Positions 51,657 through 63,904 of a stretch of DNA of 64,000 bases are shown piece by piece. A program made the translations under genes and the position numbers. Below the pieces are notes generated by a model. It was not told where the DNA came from and did no database searches. It saw nothing but the letters and a program-made list of their open reading frames with translations. The stretch comes from Antedon mediterranea (taxonomy: Eukaryota; Animalia; Echinodermata), in contig NC_092670.1 in assembly GCF_964355755.1 (NCBI RefSeq), positions 38,428,388 through 38,492,387 on the forward strand. The letters run 5' to 3'. Each line of letters starts with the position of its first letter. Position 1 is the first letter of the stretch.

Positions 51657-52278
51657 CTGTAGACACAACGATGATGACAGGTTTAATTGTTAAGACAAAC
51701 ACCAACCAATCATTAAACACAAGATCAGAATTGCTTTATCCACAACAGTAATATTACAGAGTGACTAGATATTATATTATGCAGCCAAATATGAAATTTA
51801 GCAACACAATATCAACATTTAACATGCGTTTGTGTTAGTTATCAAAATGTAAACAAGTCAAATACCCAAGTAGCTAGGTGAGAAAAGCATAATGTTTAAA
51901 GCAAACACTACTATGATTTTTGATAAATTTATAAGAGGTCGAGCTATGACTCATTGCTGTGTAAAGACTAAAAAAATAATTGATATTTCTTAATTTCTTA
52001 AATTAAATTGAACATTATAATTATATCTTCTAAATTTTAATCAGGTTTGAAGAGTTACTGCAATGCCTTTGTATTGGTGTTGACTGTTGTATTTTTTAGC
52101 TATATATGACTTGAGACTTTTAATTAAAATTGCCTTTCCATGATTGATTACTTATCTTTAAGCCTAGACTGGAGTAAATAAAAACAGCACTAGAAAAGTT
52201 ACAAGTTACATTAGGCCTAGACTTAGCTAATTAGGATGATGAAAAGAATTAATTTTAACTATTAAATAAAAAGCTTAC

Positions 52279-52304
52279 CCTTCTCCTCCTTTTCGAAAAC
52301 TCAT
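52279..52304 (-). CDS. DYRK4: Putative DYRK4-like distal isoform, first coding segment
   Basis: ATG-SFRKGGE + GG|gtaagc phase 2 donor, compatible with the 51656 acceptor; in-frame stop upstream. Confidence 0.5.
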
Positions 52305-52479
52305 CCTTTCATTTGCAGTCAAACGCTCCAATAAGCAGCCAGAAAGACACACTTCATATCTATTTATTTCTTACTACAGTATATATTTAAATATGTTCGA
52401 CTAGGCCTAGGGTAGTGTGATCAATATTACGCAATAGTGAAAGGTGATGGCACATATAGGAGAGGCCTAGGTCTATGTG

Positions 52480-52860
52480 CATCCTCCTACGCGACACGTT
52501 TACAACAAACAAACGTCGTCGCCCCGACGAAGTAGGCCTAGCTAGCTAGGTAGGCCGCCTAGGCCTACTAGACCTATCCTCTAATCTAGCTCTGTCCAGG
52601 CCTATGAACTGAGTAAATAAAGTTAATAAATATCAGTAAAGTTGATCAAAGATTACAGACGAATATATTTGTCAAGTTCTTCCTTATTTCCATAGTATAA
52701 AGTACTTTTTCGACTTGAAGTTGGCTGTCAAGTTTACTTATCTTTTTGTCCCAAACCAGTAACAAAATAAATGACGTGACGTAGGTACAATGGGAACGCC
52801 CATTGAATCACGTGAGATAAACATTCGACCAATAGAATTGCTCCTTCGACTCCGATACTA
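52480..52860 (-). promoter_or_regulatory. Probable distal promoter of the DYRK4-like gene
   Basis: Local CpG enrichment with TGACGT x2 (52772), CACGTG (52809) and CCAAT (52829) clustered just upstream of the most 5' exon. Confidence 0.5.
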
Positions 52861-53762
52861 CTACCTTGAGATTATTCTTCCTCCAAGTTTTAAAGCGTTT
52901 GTTGTTGTTAAAAAGTAATATATATAAATTATTATCATAGTTGTTGTTGCATTATCATTACTACTGATAATTAAATTAAAAAACCTTAACCTAGACCAAG
53001 GATAATGTCTAAAGTCTATAATATTGTATTGTAAACAATTATTATTAATTCGATTTTTAAATAATTAGGGTGAAAAGGTCACAATTTCGTTGTTACGCCT
53101 ATGGCATTTGTAAAATATACAATGCAGATATCGATAAATAATTTTATTTGATTTTGAACCTTTGAAGAATAATATCCGATTGAATTGTGTCGTGCGTTTT
53201 GAACACCCATGTCGACTGTGTATTTTGTATTTAATTCTTATAGGTTGGTTAGACGCAACGCACTGAGGCACGCACAGTAACACGCAACACAAGCAATGTA
53301 ACCAATCACAAGCGAAATACTCCGATTCATCATGTGAGTTGCGTTTACGTCATATTGCGCGCGTCCTAGTGGTAACCAAACTTGAGACTGATGAAAAGCT
53401 GCAGTGTTGACAAGGTCTATACTTCTTCAACAACCACTCACTATATCCCCGGCGGCCGTGGTAGGTCCCTACACTTTCCGATAGCATTCTTTTAATTGCC
53501 TATTATGCCTATATTTTGTTTTGTCAACATTTGTAAAACATATTAAATTATTCATTACAAATCGATTTTGTTAACAATTGAAGTTAGTTTCATTTGGTTT
53601 CTTTGACCAGTTAGAATCGATTTGAATTCATTGGATTTTACTTCATGTTGATCTTAACAAAAGATTATCTCATGGCTCGCTGTCAATAAATCAAGCATGG
53701 TCAGTTCATGGTCAGTTCATGCTGAGATGTGCTTTAACTACGCAGGAGAATAGAGGTATAAA

Positions 53763-54058
53763 ATAAGTACATCCATGGTAGGAACGCGAGTATTGCGCGA
53801 GTTATTCCAAGGCTATCTCGAGTTAAATAAGTACCTCCATGGTAGGAGCGTGAGTATTGCGCGAGTTATCTCAAGGCTATCTCGAGTATAATAAGTACCT
53901 CAATTGTAGCGGCGCGAGTATTGCGCGAGTTATCTCAAGCTATCTCGAGTATAATAAGTACCTCAATTGTAAGGGCGCGAGTATTGCGCGAGTTATCTCA
54001 AGGCTATCTCGAGTATAATAAGTACCTCAATTGTAGGGGCGCGAGTATTGCGCGAGAT
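53763..54058. repeat. ~62-bp CpG-rich tandem repeat, ~5 copies
   Basis: ATAAGTACCTC...GCGCGAGTATTGCGCGAGTTATCTCAAGGCTATCTCGAGTATA repeated. Confidence 0.92.
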
Positions 54059-54695
54059 ATCTATTTGTTTTTTGTTATTTTAGTCCACCAGTCGACGTTT
54101 CAATTTTTGTCTAAAAATAGTTTACAAGCTAAAGTAGTATACGTATGAAACGCCATATGTGCCAATATATATATATTTTTACTAATATTAAGTCAAAACT
54201 GCGCCTGGAACCCATACTAGTTCCTACCCACCAAAGTTAGCGATAAGTCCAATAAATCGTACAAGAATAAAATAGCCAAACCGGCGCATACAGTACTACA
54301 TTGTTGGAAGAAGTTATATATAGGACAAACATGTAACTACTACCAATACAGTGCATAACTTGAAGAGGGATGAATCGTCTTATAAACATACTCCCCATTT
54401 TTTTTTTTAAGCTTACTATAATTATTTGAATTTTATATTTGTATTTATGTTCTTATTGTTAAAAAAAAAAAAAAAAAGAATTAAGAATAATAATTGTATT
54501 GCATTTTATATATTGTAAATATTGATTTATTTATATACCTTTGTCGTGGGTATGTATGTATGCATGTGTGCAATCATGTACTCGAATATATGCACTTGTG
54601 TGTTTTGTACAGAGACATAGACCTATTGTAGAAAGGAATAGTTAAAATAAAAGAAAATAATGAAAAAAGTGGATAATACATATAAAAGTATAAAG

Positions 54696-54724
<29 letters not shown>
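54696..54724. repeat. (TA)n microsatellite
   Basis: Visible dinucleotide run. Confidence 0.95.
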
Positions 54725-54727
<3 letters not shown>

Positions 54728-56820
54728 ACCGAATTGTTTCGATCAAATCGTACTAAAGATAAAAGAAAGTACAAGAAAATAACAGAACAGAATAACAAGG
54801 GAATAAATATTTGGATGAAGTGTAAAATCATTGTATTGATCATTTGAGAATGAAATGAATAAAATAGTGGTTAACGCCACAAAAGAGAAAAAAAAACATA
54901 CTCCCCATTTATCGTTACTATTGTAAGACAAAACCCCCAAAATAACTAAAACAATAAATAAAACATTATAAACTTAAAAGATTTTGTTATAATTCTATGC
55001 TGTCATCATCAATGTTGATACAATATAACATTATCATTATAAATGATTTAATGAGGGCGCCATACTACTTGAATGATTATTGACTTTGTCAATTATGACT
55101 AGCGCCCGCTTTCATCGCAATTTCCTACAAATTTCCTCCAAATCTTACAATTGTCGTAAATTAGATTGGAAACTTTCGTTGTCAACATAAAGATTCGTTG
55201 AGTACTTTTTGTACTGTAAATTGATTGTGATCAGATCAGATTGTGTATAACAGAAAATCATTCGAATAGAAAACGTTAACAAGGCAAGCTTTTTTTCGTT
55301 AAGAACAATCTCAACGCTCAACATACTTCGTTAAATAAGTTAAACAAAACTATAGGCCTACTCAACGTAAAACCGGTAAAATTCCCAATCGAATACGATA
55401 TTTTGAAACAACATGATGTATTTTGAGTTTGAAGCAACAAATTGATATTCCAAGAAATTAATAAATTTATTAAAACGTTGTTTAAGTTTATACTATACAA
55501 TATTACACACAGTATTCTTAGTAAATATAAATATCCACAGACGCCATCCGACAGAACATATTTTATAAATAATAAATTCTAATACTCCTAATTTTGAATC
55601 AAATATATGTGCATTTAATTTGTTTATAAGGCAAGTATTCCAAATTGCATCTATCATAATATAAACGATCACAAACATTGACTTAAACATTATCGGTATC
55701 GCTATGTTTGTCGTTATAAACAATTAAACCACTTTAATACTGAAAAGTATATCATCTAACAACACTGTAAAGGGTTAGGTTATAAACACAAAGAATATAG
55801 GCCTAATTCATATTACATAACAAGTAAAAAAAACTTACAGATGTATTGTGACAGTCCCCCTGAAAAAATAATTCTTAAAACAATGTGGGTTTAATATGCC
55901 CTTTTAATGTCACATAATAGTTATCCAAATTGGATTGGGAAAAAAAATTAATTATCTGAAAAAACTGTAATTTAAAGCAAAACAATAGTCAAATTATCAA
56001 TATATCATTCAATCAACCAATATAAGTTTTTGGTTCAATTTAAACATATATTTTTGTCATTTTATAATTGAAAACATTATTTTTTTTTTCGTTTCTTTTT
56101 CTATGGGAGACAATACATCTGTGCTAACTCAAAACACTATTTTTCTTTTTTAAACGAAGCACGTAGGCCTACAGCAGTGCATTTTATGTTAATAAGGATG
56201 TTTAAGAGTATGTAAAACAACAAGCTTAATGTATGGGAAAAGAAAAGCTCAGTTATGTTCGTTAAGACGAGCTCATGATGTCGACACGGACCTCAACTGA
56301 AAGGAACCAGTTGCGCGAGAGCGCTAATGTCAACGTTCGAGCAACTGAACGGAAAACGCAATAAGATGTGCGAGGCGCGCTTTTTATGTATGTGCGACTG
56401 AAAGGAACTGAATGGAATTAGATGTGCTAGGTGCGCTTTATGGGTAACTGAAAGGAAGCGTATGTCGACATTTTTGGTAATATATTCCGTGTTCAGTTGC
56501 GTTCAGTTGCTCTGAGCCCTTCTGTCGACACAGTTGACTTCCTTGTCGACATAAGCACACCTTTACGTATGTGGTTTGTATAATACTATATTAATACTGA
56601 ATTTATATTATTTGTTTAAAGTTCGTTAGTTAGTAACACACAAATACAAACACAAAGTGCACGCGTGCGTGTAGTTCGAAACGGTATTGTTATTGTTATC
56701 ATCATTTCGATGCACTCATAAAAAATATCTTCCTGTGGACTTCACTGTAGATTTAAGTTTTCTACGATAGTTCGATTGGTTTTCCTTGTTTTAATTTAAA
56801 TAATAATGCGAAAATCATGC

Positions 56821-57296
56821 TTAAAACAAATTAACAGTAGAATAGTTCTTTCGTTTTGGCTGATCCGCTAAACTGCAAACTTTCCTGAGGTCTCGAGGTG
56901 ACGGCCTAACGGGCAGTTCGTCCGGAAGAGGATTGGAGGCCTGACGACTAAAGCGTTTACTTCGCACCAAACCGAAAACTATTGTAGCCAGCGACTGACT
57001 CTCGCTGTGACGTCTCTTAAGACAGCAACCTAGGGAGCCTTGTGGTGGTATATGTCGCTCGACTAGAAAATACGTTGTAACTGGCTCACTAAGCCCTTTG
57101 ACATTTACTTCTCCACGAAGTTGAAAACGAAAGCCTCTTGAATTTAAGAGTGTATAAGTTGATTCTGGTACCTGTATCCTGTTCTGCACCCCAGTCGTGT
57201 CCATACGACTTGCTAGATTGACCGTATTACCCCAGATATCAAACAGCGGTTTCCTTGCACCAACAACACCGGCAACAACTGGGCCTTGATTTAAAC
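56821..57296 (-). CDS. ADCY8: Adenylyl cyclase (ADCY8-like), last exon, end of C2a domain
   Basis: [36 protein letters not shown]; catalytic Asn/Arg and ATP-specifying Asp present; TAA at 56821. Confidence 0.92.
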
Positions 57297-58129
57297 CTGA
57301 AATACAAATTTGACCGTGTGAACACAATGTAGAGTATATGATGCGCATTACATATTTTGCATTCACACACAGATTTCAACCTGAAATACAAATTTGACCG
57401 TGTGAACACAATGTAGAGTATAGATGCACATTACGAAATTCGCATTCACACACAGCGCTTTAATCATTAATAATCTGTGTATCGCGGTCCGTTTTATCGC
57501 GAACTTTGTGAGTTCAGACCACAAAGAAATTGTGCGCGTATCAGTTATGATAATACAGTTCAATAGGCTAATTAAATATCGGGTTTTCTGTAAGTAGATG
57601 CGTGCCTAAACAAATCTATTTTATTACCTAGAAAATGGATTGCGAAATCCATATTGAAATCTGCTAATAAAACTGGCAAGAAAAAAAAACCAATGAAAAA
57701 ATGTAATTCAAATAACGCTAATATCAGTAAAGCCTTGTCTACACTATCAAATTTTATGCGACAACAAAATGTGATGTGCCCATATTATATGGACATGATG
57801 ATGTCATATCACTACCATATTTAAGGTTATCACTGCTATATATGGGCACATCACACTTTTTTGTCAAACTAGTATGATAGTGTAGACAGAGCTTTAGGTT
57901 ACTTGTTCACCACAGTAAAAGTGTGAGCTAATATTTATGTGTGGTTAAGTTTAAAATCGTAAGTTCGTCAGTGAACAGAATGACTATATTATTCCGCAAG
58001 TTCCAAAGTAATGGAAGTTTCGCGTTTAATTATTATATAAAATATAGGAAAAGCAATGTTATTCTCTGACAACTCTAAACATTTTAAAACCATTATATAA
58101 TATTATAAGGCACATTTGGCTGTCCATAC

Positions 58130-58241
58130 CTATCCTCAACTTAAACGTGTTGAATGAATGTTGATTAATAGTCTCTAGCGTACTCATTATCGCCAGTGCA
58201 AAATCTGCCAATGAACACATCGGCCTCCACATATCTCCAGC
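58130..58241 (-). CDS. ADCY8: Adenylyl cyclase exon (C2a)
   Basis: AGDMWRPMCSLADFALAIMSTLETINQHSFNTFKLRI; canonical junctions and phase. Confidence 0.92.
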
Positions 58242-58663
58242 CTACGAAACGAGGAATAAACAGAACCATATATCAACATTTACAGTTACTTATCATCGAC
58301 AGGAGAATTTTACATTAACTTTGTCGGGATCAAAGAGTCAAAGAAGACAATCCGTGCTCGTGCTTTCGAATATCAATCCATCAGTGTACCATAATCTGTA
58401 TGTCAAATGAGCATAACACACAATAGAGTGTAAAAACAAAGTTAATACATTAAACAATAATTATAAATATTACATTAATTCTACAATTGTTATTATGTTA
58501 TTAGGTTATTGATACAGTTATTGGTTAGGTTACCGAAGCAATGAGAATAGCAAACATCAGGTTGGTGTTGTGATAGCTTCCGTAAAGACTCCAGGTTCAA
58601 GGTGTTCGTTACGCATGATTGCTTTGTAGTCTTTTGTGGGAAAAAATTAATAACTGCGTTTAC

Positions 58664-58759
58664 CTTATGATGAGGTGTCGATAAGCCCGATGCAGCCATA
58701 TATGTACTTCCCATTGTCTTTATCTTTTCAATGCACCGAAAACGTTCCTCTCCTAGTAA
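58664..58759 (-). CDS. ADCY8: Adenylyl cyclase exon (C2a)
   Basis: LLGEERFRCIEKIKTMGSTYMAASGLSTPHHK, with the ATP-specifying Lys. Confidence 0.93.
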
Positions 58760-58807
58760 CTATACGAATTATTAAAGTCACATGTTATTGGTCATTTCAT
58801 CACATCT

Positions 58808-59075
58808 CAAAGAGACACTGAGTAGACGAGCGTGTACAATTCTTATCAGTATTTGTACGCATACGTCTACAATACAAAGAGACACTAAGTAGACGCGCGC
58901 GTACAATTCTCATCAGTGTTTGTATGCATACGTCTACAATACAAAGAGACACTAAGTATACGCGCGCGTACAATTCTCATCAGCATTTGTACGCATACGT
59001 CTACAATACAAATAGATACTAAGTAGACGCGCGCGTACAATTCTCATCAGTGTTTGTACGCATACGTCTACAATA
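58808..59075. repeat. 67-bp tandem repeat, 4 copies
   Basis: CAAAGAGACACTAAGTAGACGCGCGCGTACAATTCTCATCAG...CGTCTACAATA; each unit has an internal GTAGACG/CGTCTAC inverted pair. Confidence 0.92.
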
Positions 59076-60210
59076 CGTTAACATACAGTACGCCCACATT
59101 ATGAAAGAGGCACATATACTATGTGTTGTACGCGTGCGTACAGTTTGTAATGCAAATTATCTTACGTTTACACTTAAATTATATACACAAATAAAATTAA
59201 ACCTCTTTTGTACTTTCAACATAGGCCTAGTTACGTAGTTTATGATTTAGTGACCCTCTTTTCGGATTTACTGTTGGACAATCGAGTAATAAAGAAGATG
59301 AAATAACATCATGAAATGATTTGGAAGCATGAAAATAACGATCCATAGATACTCTCATTCCTTTTTATACATTATCAATGTTTACAATTGCATTATCAGC
59401 GAGTGTACTTTAGCGTACAATAACATTCAATCAATTTATATTAATCTAGTAGCTTCGTGAAAACATTTGGTTGAACATTAGTTTGGAGCTGTTTAATGTT
59501 CATATTAGAAACATTTTAGGATTTATTGCTAGAGAGGCAGTAAATAATCGTGATAGTATTTTATCATGATTCAACGAAACGGTGGCTTGCGACCTAATTG
59601 TTAATATAAATAATGATATTGTTTAAATGTGTTTATATTGATAACACTTTCAGAAAAGCACAGTATCTATTTCATTAATAGATCGTTTGAATCGAAAAGT
59701 AAACAATAAAGTTTTAAAACAAGATACCGTATGACACATTTTGCCAGTAAATTACCGAATAAGTATTATATAGCGCCCTCTATATCGTCACACAAACGCC
59801 AGTACTTTTTTTTGTGCCGCGTCAGATGGTAGAGACAGAATGGTTCACAACTTGAAAGATAAAATTCCATATTACGGTTCGTTTCCTTTTGCAATATACA
59901 ATAACTAGTCCTCAATTGTCGCATATCCTTGCGTGTCACTAAAGCGAACAATTATAAATGGTTTGTGACAGATATATCGGCCGCTTTGGAATCAGTCGCG
60001 GTACAATAACGTCCAATACTTTGTATGTACAGAGCGCTGCAAGATACACGTTTGATCTTTACTCACTATAAGATCAACGGATTTTTGAAGTGGGGGATAG
60101 TACGTTTTTTAACTAACGGCGCTCCATACAAGTTGATAAAACGCGACCGATTTAATTCAAACGCGACTGATATAACCGTTAATATTATAACAGAAGGCAA
60201 TGAATAATAC

Positions 60211-60474
60211 CTCATCAAAATCAGCAATAATCTCATTCAGCAGACGCAAGCACTCAATGCCTTCTTTGTTTTGCTTTGATTGAGAATAAAACTCGGAGAA
60301 GTTTGGGATGGATGCAAACATGACCCCAACATTGTCATGTGACCTGGCATACAGCTCATCATCATTCGGATCCGCTTTCAGGAAATGATTGGCCACGTGA
60401 TGTGGAAGAATATTGTGAAGTAAATGTTTATTGTGCTCCTGTAGGTCTTCCATTTCTTCTAGTTCCTGTTTCGC
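60211..60474 (-). CDS. ADCY8: Adenylyl cyclase exon (start of C2a)
   Basis: [32 protein letters not shown]...[17 protein letters not shown]...[15 protein letters not shown]; closest in my recollection to ADCY8. Confidence 0.93.
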
Positions 60475-61182
60475 CTAAAGACACGGAAACATATCAATCG
60501 ATAATGTTTAAATAGACATCAATCAGCTACGTTACAAATGGAGATAACTAACACTATGGTATACTAGATTGATTGAAGTACAACAACAAATGATGGGATT
60601 TTTTAAAAAATTCTTCATTGTCGCAAGTTTGCACAGTCATCATGTTGATTACTAAGAGTTTAAAGAGGCCAGAGAGAATGCAATCATTCTTCGCCAGAAG
60701 CAAAACTACTGTTTTGAAGAAATGTATTGTTTAATTAATTTAAATATGTAAACTGTATTAAGGTTGACATGATCGCAAACAGCTTAATTTCGTGAGGAAC
60801 GTCATTTCACAATGCATGATGGGAAGAGTTTGGAAGCAAACGTCACGACGCGTACACACAAACGTCACGACGCGTACGCACAAACAACAAATCATGTACG
60901 TACGCGTCGTGACGTTTACTCCAAAACCCTTCCAATCATGCGTCGCGCACGCTTTTTGCGATCGTTTTAACTTTAGTTTCAGCAATTTACTGTAATGTTA
61001 TTTCGTAAGTTGAATAAAAACACCGTATTTTAACGGTATTAAAAAGCTTTAAATGTTTACATAATATCGAGTTTATAGGCCAGATATGTTTAATATGTAT
61101 TGTAAGGTATACTTACTTAAAAAATCTGAATTAGTGGAAAACCTGACGTACAAAATATATTACAGTATAATATAATTATTAC

Positions 61183-61294
61183 CTGTAGTTTCCAGAGACA
61201 GTCAAGGCGGTGATTGACCTCTAAAGATCGGCCATGTTTACTCCACGTTAATACAAATAACACTAATATAAACCAATCAGTGAGAACTGTGAAT
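61183..61294 (-). CDS. ADCY8: Adenylyl cyclase exon (last TM helix)
   Basis: FTVLTDWFILVLFVLTWSKHGRSLEVNHRLDCLWKLQ (cf. the RLDFLW motif); phases fit. Confidence 0.85.
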
Positions 61295-61391
61295 CTAATA
61301 GTAAAAGGGTAATGAAATCCGTGATTAATTAGCCATTAATTTGATAAAATAAACATCATGTAAAGATACAAAGACGATTCAGAATTATTAA

Positions 61392-61735
61392 AGATATATT
61401 GTCCCCTGAAAAAATAAGTATTGAAAATGTTGTTGTTGAATACGCCATTGTAATGTCACATAATAGTTATCCACTTTGACCATAAATTAAATTTAAAAAG
61501 AAATGTTTTTACCTGAAAAAACGGTTGGCCCCTGATTTAAACCAAAAAAAATAGTCAAATTGACTGCCATGCCAGTCAAGGATTTTTGGGTGAATTTAAC
61601 CATTTATTTTTTTGTTTTTTTTTCCTACGGAAGTGATTAAATTGATTAAAACTACAAAATAAACTACAAAATAACCTATTCAAAGTCTAATTAAATTAAT
61701 CTTTATTTTTTATGTTTCTGATGGACAATACATCT
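61392..61735. mobile_element. Kolobok-type non-autonomous element
   Basis: TTAA|AGATATATTGTCC...GGACAATACATCT|TTAA. Confidence 0.75.
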
Positions 61736-61933
61736 TTAAACAATGGCTAATCAATATTAATTGTTGACAAGACACATACATATCATTGTGTTATTACGTA
61801 TTAGTTTTCATCTATAAATTTATATTTTCTCGTAATGTGGACGCGCGCGTGCACACTTATTGATGATTATCGCTGGCGAGTTTTACGACGCTTTTACGAG
61901 AGAATAAGAATAATCTTCTAAGTAGTATCACAT

Positions 61934-62106
61934 TATATTGTTTGAAGGTTTGCATGGCGAAATCAATTGTTGATATAAAGTTTGCGGTACACCACGTATA
62001 TTAGTTCTGAAAAGGATTGAGGAAGATCAAAGCATATTGATCGAAACGTCGAGAAACAGTTCTTTTCAGAAGTAATATACGTGGTGTACCGCAAACTATA
62101 TCAACA
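61934..62106. mobile_element. Second Penelope-like inverted pLTR element with an 11-bp TSD
   Basis: Same arms as the 45683 copy with the tail on the opposite side; flanked by the direct repeat TAGTATCACAT (61923-61933 and 62107-62117). Confidence 0.75.
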
Positions 62107-62611
62107 TAGTATCACATGGTAATGTATTAATTGTTTTGTTTTGCAAATCGTCAGCGACATTACGATATAACATATTTGACCTACGGTACGTGTTCAAATG
62201 ATGATAATATAACAGTACGATATATGTACGCGCGTGCTGACTGCATGTCTCATTATAATCTTACAACGATTTGTTATAAATTATTATTACATCGTTTGTT
62301 CGGTCGGTTTTATTTCAATCGGACATTTTTGATTTGAGATATATACGGGAGAATTCCCTTCCAAATAATATCTTCTCGTTTAATTACAGACGAATGGGAA
62401 ATCAAACACGATGTGTTTACATTCATGCTGAAGTGAAATATTCTCTCACTGTTGTCTTATTAGTTATTCTTAATATCCTGTCCTTAAAAGCAATATTCGA
62501 CAAATTATTCTGCAATTTTGTTTCGAGATTGATCTGTATGTGCCAATGAAAAGCATCTATTACACAGCAGGCATAATTGAAATTTAAACATTTACAAACG
62601 GTAATACTTTA

Positions 62612-62966
62612 GGCTTAGTTCTTACTAGGACGCAACACAAGGAAGTAAGGCAACGATTTGATCAATCACAAGCGATGGATTATTCGAACAGTCGCGTGTG
62701 ATTGGTCAAATCGCTTGCGTTACGTCTCTATAGTGGGAACAGAGCTTTAGGTCGGTGCATCTTTTTTTTTCATACAATTTCACTGAATGTGCCAATAAAA
62801 CCATCTATTGACGTTTAAACATTCTAAACAGTTAAATACTTTAATGCTTGGTTCCAACTAGGACGCAACGCAAGGACACAAAGCAAAGTGATTTGACCAA
62901 TCATAAGCGATGGATTATTCAAACAGTCACGTGTGATTGCATTGCGTCGATAGTGGAAACCCAGCT
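62612..62966. mobile_element. Two adjacent copies of MITE family 2 (inverted CCAAT core)
   Basis: ~135-bp palindromic units GCTTGGTTCC.ACTAG...TAGTGGGAAC..AGC at 62612-62746 and 62845-62966; further copies at ~32437-32540 and ~53245-53382. Confidence 0.72.
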
Positions 62967-63274
62967 TTAGGTCAGTCCATCTTTCGGCTCTGTATTTGTT
63001 ATATATAAAAATAACTAATGAGTTATAATAATTTAAATTTCTGTGAGTTATATAGCAATAACCCTTATTGCGTTATTGTACATTAGTTTACACGGATTAT
63101 TGGAAATTGTCGTTTACTTACTTTGCAATTCATATGCATCATCGGTATTAATTGTATGTAGTTAAGAAGATGCTAATTTGTAGCACCGTGTAAAAGGGAT
63201 TCGATATTCGTAATGATTATTTTTAATTTAGAAATGCTAGATTATATTTTGAGTAATGAACAACTAGAGGCAGG

Positions 63275-63625
63275 CTTTTTTTGCTCAAGTTTTTCACTGT
63301 GCTCTTTTTTCTCGACTTATTCACTCTAGCCTTTGCTCGAGTTTTTCACTCTGGCCTTTTGCTCGAGTTATTCAGTCTGGCCATTTGCTCGAGTTAATAT
63401 TCACTATTGCCTTTTGTTCGAGTTATTCACTCTGGCCTTTTTCTAGAGTTATTCACTCTGGCCTTTTTCTAGAGTTATTCATTCTGGCCTTTTTACTTGA
63501 GTTATTTACTCGTTTTTTTACTCGAGTTTTTCACTCAGACCTCTTGCTTGAGTTTTTAACTCTGGTCTTTTGCTCAATTTTTTTCAATATGGTCTTTTGC
63601 TCGAGTACTCTAATTTACTCGAGTA
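63275..63625. repeat. Degenerate ~27-bp minisatellite (TTTTGCTCGAGTTATTCACTCTGGCC)
   Basis: About 12 diverged units; explains ORF 63385-63729. Confidence 0.85.
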
Positions 63626-63714
63626 TTTTGCTTGATATGCACATCGCATACATTCATAATCACAATGTTAAAAGACGTGCAGTGAGTCAGAATACAAACG
63701 AAGCCGTTACTTAC

Positions 63715-63854
63715 TCATCGTCACTGTGATAGCATCTTAAAAGCATTGCATAAAGAGCGGCTGTACATGTTAAGACACCTCCCTTTACAAGGTGATTGAG
63801 ATGAATAAAAACAGCACACAGTTGCATATCCAAAATACCAAATATGAAATAACA
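63715..63854 (-). CDS. ADCY8: Adenylyl cyclase exon (M2 transmembrane helices); gene continues beyond the window
   Basis: CYFIFGILDMQLCAVFIHLNHLVKGGVLTCTAALYAMLL (cf. CAVFLRLN..LK); phase 2 donor matches the 61294 acceptor. Confidence 0.82.
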
Positions 63855-63904
63855 CTGCCGGGAATGAAAGCAATGTAATTATTATGTAACATTGTTATCA
63901 GGCG

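Noticed and set aside
57297-57366. N-terminal part of ORF 56821-57366
   Set aside because: Intronic read-through upstream of the acceptor at 57296.
63122-63172. Candidate 51-bp cyclase exon with a strong gtaagt donor
   Set aside because: In the required phase 2 it contains a stop; the flanking exons already join in frame.
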